From positions 422-64,421 of the forward strand of contig CAIOAT010000050.1 in assembly GCA_903856085.1 (NCBI GenBank): 64,000 nt of DNA. The letters run 5' to 3'. A program made the position numbers and the translations under genes. Below, piece after piece: positions 58,066-64,000 of this stretch. The notes below the pieces were generated by a model. It was not told the DNA's origin, did no database searches, and saw only the letters and a list, made by a program, of their open reading frames with translations. The stretch's first letter is position 1. The number at the start of each line of letters is the position of its first letter. Origin of the DNA: Candidatus Omnitrophota bacterium (GTDB taxonomy: Bacteria > Omnitrophota > Omnitrophia > Omnitrophales > Aquincolibacteriaceae).

Positions 58066-60861
58066 CTATTTCTCCTGCTTTTTAAGTCCGAGCATACTGA
58101 CCGCCCAGAAAATCGGGATGCAACAAGCCAGAAAAATAATATCCTGCATCATAAGACCCGGACGGAGCCCCTTCGTATAGGCCCCCACGCTTGAGTGCAT
58201 ATAGTAAGTGGTCGGCCAGATCGAACCGATGATCTTGGCCTTTCCCATAAGGGTTGAGACCGGCTGCAGCAAGCCCGAGAACTGAATGGTCGGTGTCATG
58301 GCGATAATCGCGGTCACGAAGACGGCAGCGACCTGGCTTGTGGTGAAACTCGAAATGAGCATGCCGATTCCGGTCGTCGCCGTAACATAAAGCAGTGTGG
58401 TCAACGTCAAGAACAAGAAACTGCCTTTGATTGGGACGCCAAAAATGATACGCGCCATGGCGGCCAAAATAAAAAAATTGATCATCGCGATCGCAACGTA
58501 GGGAATCTGCTTTCCCAGAAGGTACTCCAGCTTCCCTGTCGGCGTGACATAGAAATTGATCATGGAGCCCAATTCCTTTTCGCGCACGATACTGACCGCC
58601 ATCAGGATCGCTGGGATCAGGATCAAAAGAAGAGCCGGAATACTCGGCACGATCGAATAAACGCTTTCAAACGTGGGATTGTACATGTAGCGTTCTTCAA
58701 AAGTCGCCGTATCCTTCAGGGGGCCCACTTGCAACCCGCTCGCCGGATTCTGGAGCATCGTCGTATTGACCGCTTGGACGTATTGGGCGACGGTCTCGCC
58801 GCGAAAGGTCATGGCTGCATCCACCTGGGCCAGTACCTCGGGGGCATTCCCCCGACGAAAATCCCTGCCGAAATTAGGCGGTATCTCAAGAACCACCGAA
58901 ACATCATCCGCCTGCAACCGACGCAAGCCTTCATCGGCAGACCGTACCGGCGCCGTACGCGTAAAATAGCGTGGAGATCCGGCAAATTGTTCAAGATAAG
59001 CGCGGCTCTCCGGCGACTGATCAAGATCGAATGAGGCGTAGCGAATATGTTCGATATCGGTGGTTATGCCAAAACCGAAGACGAGCATCAAGAGCGCGGA
59101 GCCGATGAACGAGAAGACCAATCGCACCGGATCGCGAAGTATCTGCATGGTTTCATTGCGAGCATACGCGACCATCCGTCCGAGCCGCAGCCGGAAGCCG
59201 GTAGGCGCCGATGCCTTTGCAACCGCAGGCTGAACAGCCGCGGGCTCACTGCTAGGAGCCTTGTCTTTACTTTTGCCGCCGGATGCGGCATCAGCAACGG
59301 CATCTTCCATGCAACCGATGAATGCATCCTCAAGATTGGCGGCGCCACGCGCTGCGATCAGCTTTTGCGGAGCGTCACAAGCCAACACCTTCCCCGCGCT
59401 CATGAGCGAGATCCTGTCGCAACGCATGCCTTCGTTCATGAAGTGCGTCGTGATGAAGATCGTCACCCCCTGTTTGCGCGAAAGGTCGACCAGCAATTCC
59501 CAGAAACTGTCCCGCGCGACAGGATCGACCCCCGAAGTGGGTTCATCCAGGATCAATATTTTTGGTTCGTGCAAAACAGCCACGGCCAGTGAAAGCCTCT
59601 GACGTAAGCCCATGGGCAGAGACTCCGCCAGCGAATCGAGATGCGGCCCCAGTCCGAACTTTTCGACGAGCTCCTTAATGCGCTCCTCCGCCTTTTTAGC
59701 CGGAATGTGGTACAGGAGAGCATCCAGCACCAGGTTCTGGCGAACGGTCAGCTCGCCGTAAAGTGAGAACGCTTGCGTCATATAGCCGAGTTTTTTTCGA
59801 ACTTCGATGCTTCCGGCTTCGACGGAACTTCCAAAAAGCGTTGCCGTGCCTTCGGTAGGAGGCAAAAGTCCCGTCAACATTTTCATGGTGGTGGACTTAC
59901 CGCATCCGTTGGATCCAAGAAAACCAAAGATCTCTCCGCACTCGATCGACAGACTGACATGATCCACCGCGGTGAAGCTGCCAAACCGGCGGGTCAGTCC
60001 CTTAGCATCGATGACGACCTCGGATTTTCCGGCCGCACGGGGCGGGATGACGAGTTCTGTGTGTCCGCTACGTTTTTCTTCCGGAAGCAACCCGATGAAA
60101 CAGGCCTCAAGATCTTTAGTGCCTGTCCGCTTCATCAACTCGGCCGGCGTTCCTGTGGCCAACACCTTTCCGGCATCCATCGCCACGATCCAGTCCCACT
60201 TTTGCGCTTCATCCATGTAAGCGGTGGAAATGAGAACGCTCATACCGGGACGGCCGGCGCGAATGTCGTCGATGAGCGTCCAAAATTGCCGGCGGGAAAG
60301 CGGGTCAACGCCGGTGGTGGGTTCATCAAGGATCAAAAGGTCCGGTTCGTGAACCAAAGCTCCGCAGAGTCCTACCTTTTGCTTCATTCCTCCTGAAAGC
60401 TTGCCGGCAGGACGATCGGCAAACGGACCGAGTCCCGTAGCATCGAGTAATTCCTTGATACGAATCGGACGTTCCGCGGACGACAACCCGAAAAGTTGCG
60501 CCATGAAGTCAACATTGTCATAAACGCTAAGTTCCAGGTAGAGGTTCTTGCCCAATCCCTGAGGCATGTAGGCGATCCGGGGACACGCGCCGCGCCGATG
60601 TGCGGCATCAGCCATATCCCCCTCCAAGGCAGTCACCTTCCCCTGCTGGATCTTTTTCGATCCGGCGATCAGGGCCATGAGCGTCGATTTCCCGACGCCG
60701 TCAGGACCGATGATGCCGACCATCAGACCGCTTGGGATATCAAGGGAAATACCGTCAAGTGCTGAGACCTTGCCATAACGGTGAGTAACGTCTTGAATGG
60801 AAACGACCGGCTGCGCCCCGGATGCAACTCGAGATGTTTGAAAAGCGGATGACTCCACCAT
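58066..60861 (-). CDS. rbbA: RbbA/YhiH-like fused ABC protein with two nucleotide-binding domains and a C-terminal permease
   Basis: Two Walker A sites (GPDGVGKST, GSNGCGKST), two LSGGMKQK/LPMGLRQR signature regions, and C-terminal ABC-2 TM helices. Confidence 0.85.
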   Translation of the reverse strand: MVESSAFQTSRVASGAQPVVSIQDVTHRYGKVSALDGISLDIPSGLMVGIIGPDGVGKSTLMALIAGSKKIQQGKVTALEGDMADAAHRRGACPRIAYMPQGLGKNLYLELSVYDNVDFMAQLFGLSSAERPIRIKELLDATGLGPFADRPAGKLSGGMKQKVGLCGALVHEPDLLILDEPTTGVDPLSRRQFWTLIDDIRAGRPGMSVLISTAYMDEAQKWDWIVAMDAGKVLATGTPAELMKRTGTKDLEACFIGLLPEEKRSGHTELVIPPRAAGKSEVVIDAKGLTRRFGSFTAVDHVSLSIECGEIFGFLGSNGCGKSTTMKMLTGLLPPTEGTATLFGSSVEAGSIEVRKKLGYMTQAFSLYGELTVRQNLVLDALLYHIPAKKAEERIKELVEKFGLGPHLDSLAESLPMGLRQRLSLAVAVLHEPKILILDEPTSGVDPVARDSFWELLVDLSRKQGVTIFITTHFMNEGMRCDRISLMSAGKVLACDAPQKLIAARGAANLEDAFIGCMEDAVADAASGGKSKDKAPSSEPAAVQPAVAKASAPTGFRLRLGRMVAYARNETMQILRDPVRLVFSFIGSALLMLVFGFGITTDIEHIRYASFDLDQSPESRAYLEQFAGSPRYFTRTAPVRSADEGLRRLQADDVSVVLEIPPNFGRDFRRGNAPEVLAQVDAAMTFRGETVAQYVQAVNTTMLQNPASGLQVGPLKDTATFEERYMYNPTFESVYSIVPSIPALLLILIPAILMAVSIVREKELGSMINFYVTPTGKLEYLLGKQIPYVAIAMINFFILAAMARIIFGVPIKGSFLFLTLTTLLYVTATTGIGMLISSFTTSQVAAVFVTAIIAMTPTIQFSGLLQPVSTLMGKAKIIGSIWPTTYYMHSSVGAYTKGLRPGLMMQDIIFLACCIPIFWAVSMLGLKKQEK

Positions 60862-60894
60862 TAGTTTCCCAAGTCAGTCTGTAGGTTTGGTGAT

Positions 60895-61914
60895 CTACTT
60901 CGTGCCCGGCTTTTTGGCGGGCTGAACGAGATTCTGAAGCCAACTGGGCCAGACGGCAGAATCTTTTATTTTGACATATCCGACACCGCGAACGCCCGTC
61001 TTGACGCGTTCAATGTAACCGGAAACCAATTCCTGGGGCACCTGGACCTTGACCCGGAACATCAGCTTGTCGCGCTCGCTCTTTGTCTCGACCTGTTTGG
61101 GAGTGAATTGCGCTTCCGGGGACACAAAACTTACATAAGCCGCAGCCGCACGACCGGGAGCATAGTCAACTGTCAGCCTTGCTTCAGCGCCGACCTTAAG
61201 GCCGGCAGCCTGTTCGGAAGGAAGGTAGATTTCCATGTAGACGTCTTCCAGGTTCACAAGGGTCAACGCTTTCCCTCCGGCAGCAAGCATTTCACCGGGT
61301 TCCGCCAGGCGGTAAAGCACTCGTCCGGTCACGGGAGACTTGAGCGTCGCGTCATCAATATGCGTTTGGATCGTCGTCACATTCGCCTGCGCGACTTCGA
61401 CCTCTTGCTTCGCCGTCCGAAGCTGCGCTTCCGCTTCCGCAAGAGCGGCCGTGGATGTCTGGAGCGACGTGTTGCGCTCATCAAACTCACGCTGAGAAAG
61501 GGCATTTTGGTCGACAAGTTTACGGGTACGGTCAAACTCAAGTTGGGCATTGTCAACCAAGCTCTTTTGCCTGACAACCGCAAAGTTGGCGCTTGCCACG
61601 CGCTCTTGCGCACTTGCGACTTGCAATTTGGCCTGATTCAGCTGGGAATCGAACGTGGCGGTATCCAGATGCACCAGCACCTGACCTGGCTTAACGAGAT
61701 CCCCTTCATCAACGAGGATCTCCTTGACTCTCAGCGCATCCTTGGCAACCGCATCCACCAGTTTGGCCTCGATCCGGCCGTTCCCCGATGCGATCCCCTT
61801 TGGCAACTCGGATTGCTTTGCCTTCCAATGCTGATAGCCGAAGAACGCCACAGCCACGACGGCGAGCAAAAGAATGATCAACTTCAGAAGCTTCGGAGAT
61901 ATGACTTTTGGCAT
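60895..61914 (-). CDS. HlyD-family periplasmic adaptor (YhiI-like)
   Basis: An N-terminal TM, a long coiled coil and a biotinyl-lipoyl-like hairpin. Confidence 0.8.
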   Translation of the reverse strand: MPKVISPKLLKLIILLLAVVAVAFFGYQHWKAKQSELPKGIASGNGRIEAKLVDAVAKDALRVKEILVDEGDLVKPGQVLVHLDTATFDSQLNQAKLQVASAQERVASANFAVVRQKSLVDNAQLEFDRTRKLVDQNALSQREFDERNTSLQTSTAALAEAEAQLRTAKQEVEVAQANVTTIQTHIDDATLKSPVTGRVLYRLAEPGEMLAAGGKALTLVNLEDVYMEIYLPSEQAAGLKVGAEARLTVDYAPGRAAAAYVSFVSPEAQFTPKQVETKSERDKLMFRVKVQVPQELVSGYIERVKTGVRGVGYVKIKDSAVWPSWLQNLVQPAKKPGTK

Positions 61915-62194
61915 AATTGACTCCCTGGTTTATGATTTAAAAAACTTTATACTCGCGGCTCATCATGGCGCTCTGGCCCCGGAAATCCAAGCAGCTCTTT
62001 CAAGGTAGGACTGGGAGGGAAAACAAGAGTGCGAAGGTAAGAAACAGACCGCAGGATCGATTCGTTTTAAGCATCGGCAATTTTAAAAACTCGACCTCAG
62101 ATTATCAAAAAAGAAGAACTCGCACCATATTAGTCATAAGTCCTTTAAATTCAAGGGGAAAAGCACGTCGCTTGCAACAGGAGTTCGTAAAAGC

Positions 62195-63757
62195 CTACTT
62201 GACCCGCACTACGATGAGTGTCAGATCGTCAAAGGGCGGAGCATGCCCGATGAATTCCTTGATCCCGGCCTGGATTTTTACAAAAAGATCATGAGCACTC
62301 AGCGAACTGTTCTGCTCTATCAGTCGCTTCAGTCGTTCGACCCCAAACATTTCGCCATGAGCCGCTTTGGCCTCAGTCACTCCGTCCGTGTACATCACAA
62401 GAAAATCCTGCGACGCCAGTTGGATTGTTTCTTCCGCATAGGTTTGCCCCGGAAGAATGCCCACGGGGATCCCGCTCGTTGCGATCTCGGCAAAGACTTT
62501 CTCTTTGGTTTTGAACCACAGGGGGGGATAATGACCCGCGTTGGCACAAGTCATCTGCTTCTTTTCTTTATGATAGAGCAGGTAGAGGACTGTGATGAAC
62601 ATCCCCTTCCCCGAAGAAGCATCCGCCGCAATATAACTGTTTGAACGACTTAAGATCGCTCCCGGATTCGCCTCTTCGGAGGAGATCACCCTAAAAACGC
62701 TTCGTGAGCGAGTCATGTACAGAGTGCCCGGCAGCCCCTTCCCGGACGCATCGGCAATAATAAAACCTAACTGGTCACGAGAAGGAACGGAAAGAAAATC
62801 ATAATAATCCCCGCCCACTTCTTTGGCGGGGACGCTCTGGGCCTCGATTTCAAGCCCCTCAACTTCGGGGGGATGTTCCGGAAAGATCGATCGCTGAATT
62901 TCGGTAGCGATCTCGAGTTCGCGCCTCACGCTCTCGTGTTCGCGCACCGTCTCCGCCAACTCACTCATCATGCGCTTCAGAGATCCTGTCATCTTATTGA
63001 AGATCTTGGAGATACGATCGAATTCGGTCTCAGCAAAACGCTCCAACTTATGTTCGAGGTCGCCGCCCCCCACCGTTTCCATTCCCTTGACCACCCGCCG
63101 TATCGGTCTTGTCAGCCAAATCGAGCTTAAAAGTCCAACCACGAGAGAAAAAACAAGGCAGGCACCGATCGAGATCAGGAAACGGCTGAAAAATTCCTCC
63201 CGAATCTGGATGACCGTTTGCTGCGCAATATCCACTCCAATGATCCCAACGATCTCTCCCGAACGCGTTTTAACGGGGGCAAAAGATGAAACCCAGGTGC
63301 CCCATCGATCTGTCTGGGCTTGCAGATCCGTGTATGATTTTCTAAATCCCATCCTGACCTGCGGATTATTACGAATATCATAGCGCTCCCCGCAGCCCAC
63401 CGGCGTCCGCTCACGATCGGCGTTCGTCACAAAACGGACATAATTCGGATCCGGATCCGCCACCATGATATAGGTGTCAAAAATATCACTGTCAACAGCG
63501 CGAATACTTTTGAGTTTTTTGATCAAGGCGATGGTGTCAGGTAACTTTTCGCAACCAACCTGAAGCGGGATTGACTGGATATCTTCGCCCGGGATCAGGT
63601 TCGCGCTGACTTGAGTGAAGTTTTCGAGATACTGCTGGAAGGCTTCGTCGCGAAGCTTCGTCGCTCTGAAGTAGAAAAAAGTAAAAAGGCCCACGAGCAC
63701 AAACGCGCTCGAAAGAAAAAAAACGATCGAAAGACGGGCCGCGAAGCTTTTGAACAT
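62195..63757 (-). CDS. HAMP-domain PP2C-type serine phosphatase (RsbU/SpoIIE family) with an extracytoplasmic sensor
   Basis: TM helices flanking a periplasmic domain, a HAMP domain, then the PP2C motifs GGDYYDF, DASGKG and DGVTEA. Confidence 0.8.
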   Translation of the reverse strand: MFKSFAARLSIVFFLSSAFVLVGLFTFFYFRATKLRDEAFQQYLENFTQVSANLIPGEDIQSIPLQVGCEKLPDTIALIKKLKSIRAVDSDIFDTYIMVADPDPNYVRFVTNADRERTPVGCGERYDIRNNPQVRMGFRKSYTDLQAQTDRWGTWVSSFAPVKTRSGEIVGIIGVDIAQQTVIQIREEFFSRFLISIGACLVFSLVVGLLSSIWLTRPIRRVVKGMETVGGGDLEHKLERFAETEFDRISKIFNKMTGSLKRMMSELAETVREHESVRRELEIATEIQRSIFPEHPPEVEGLEIEAQSVPAKEVGGDYYDFLSVPSRDQLGFIIADASGKGLPGTLYMTRSRSVFRVISSEEANPGAILSRSNSYIAADASSGKGMFITVLYLLYHKEKKQMTCANAGHYPPLWFKTKEKVFAEIATSGIPVGILPGQTYAEETIQLASQDFLVMYTDGVTEAKAAHGEMFGVERLKRLIEQNSSLSAHDLFVKIQAGIKEFIGHAPPFDDLTLIVVRVK

Positions 63758-63769
63758 GGTCGTATTTTA

Positions 63770-63822
63770 GTCCCAATATCGATCAATTTCAATGAAGTTG
63801 AAATAGGGGCAACTCTTTTGTC
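63770..63822 (-). promoter_or_regulatory. Conserved cis element, copy 2, immediately upstream of the PP2C phosphatase gene. It overlaps a -35 (TTGAAA) / -10 (TAAAAT) pair that ends 6 nt before the ATG.
   Basis: On the gene strand it reads ATTTCAACTTCATTGAAATTGATCGATATTGGGAC TAAAAT ACGACC ATG. It shares ATTTCAAC...TTGAAATT...TGGGAC with copy 1 and the 12-mer TGAAATTGATCG with 31601-31612. Confidence 0.5.
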
Positions 63823-64000
63823 AACAATTTCAGAAATGGAGTTCTAGACAGGGGCAGCCTTTGCTCCGCCGCTCTGCAAGGTGAATTCGTCCTTACTTGA
63901 AGCTCAAGAGAGGCAAAGTAAAAAGACCCCCTGTCATACCGCTTCATACGCATTCCACCGCAATGGTTAGCAATCCACGAACGAATGAACATTTCTAAAA

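Noticed and set aside
61965-62294. 109-aa plus-strand ORF in the HlyD/phosphatase intergenic region
   Set aside because: It has no RBS or homology and overlaps the 3' end of the phosphatase gene, so it is probably spurious.
1-64000. CRISPR arrays, IS transposases, rRNA and toxin-antitoxin pairs
   Set aside because: No regularly spaced direct repeats, transposase-like ORFs, rRNA-like segments or small paired ORFs with TA hallmarks were seen on reading the whole window.

Overview
This is a 64-kb chromosomal window from a diderm (Gram-negative-type) bacterium of moderate-to-high GC. I cannot assign a phylum from sequence alone. A housekeeping/translation core occupies about 1.4-9.1 kb: tRNA-Gln, spoVG, ispE, hisG, a bS22-like micro-ORF, mgtC, tsaD and gatCAB. 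Accessory content follows:
- The left edge is the 3' part of a large serine recombinase gene that abuts tRNA-Gln. This suggests an integrated element extending leftward out of the window.
- A long minus-strand iron-linked cluster reads fur-feoA-feoB, then a 46-aa Cys-rich peptide missed by the ORF track, an outer-membrane beta-barrel, a TolC-like protein, an RND pump and a DUF2892 protein. No membrane-fusion adaptor gene is present.
- An AmmeMemoRadiSam system is split, with A/B at 23.5-24.9 kb and the radical SAM enzyme at 28.6 kb.
- A LemA/GIDE-like pair lies at 27.2-28.5 kb and a GAF histidine kinase plus CYTH enzyme at 29.7-31.5 kb.
- A 535-bp AT-rich, palindrome-rich intergenic region (34.4-34.9 kb) precedes a lower-GC orphan minor-pilin operon of three prepilin-like proteins, including a 429-aa PilX-like protein.
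- A CHASE2 class-III nucleotide cyclase is convergent with an operon of a TPR+beta-barrel OMP (DUF560/Slam-like architecture) and two tandem FecR-domain paralogs.
- A HelY/Ski2-like DSHCT helicase is convergent with an orphan AddB-type Fe-S nuclease (no AddA).
- The right end carries queD, an LPS-kinase-like gene, a GHL10 hydrolase, an HD-GYP protein, a four-gene RbbA-type ABC efflux system with a NodT OMP, and a HAMP-PP2C phosphatase.
- A conserved ~45-bp cis element recurs upstream of kef and of the PP2C phosphatase, with a 12-mer exact match at a third site.
- Several genes have -10 hexamers 6 nt from the ATG, suggesting leaderless transcripts.
No CRISPR array, rRNA or transposase was seen.
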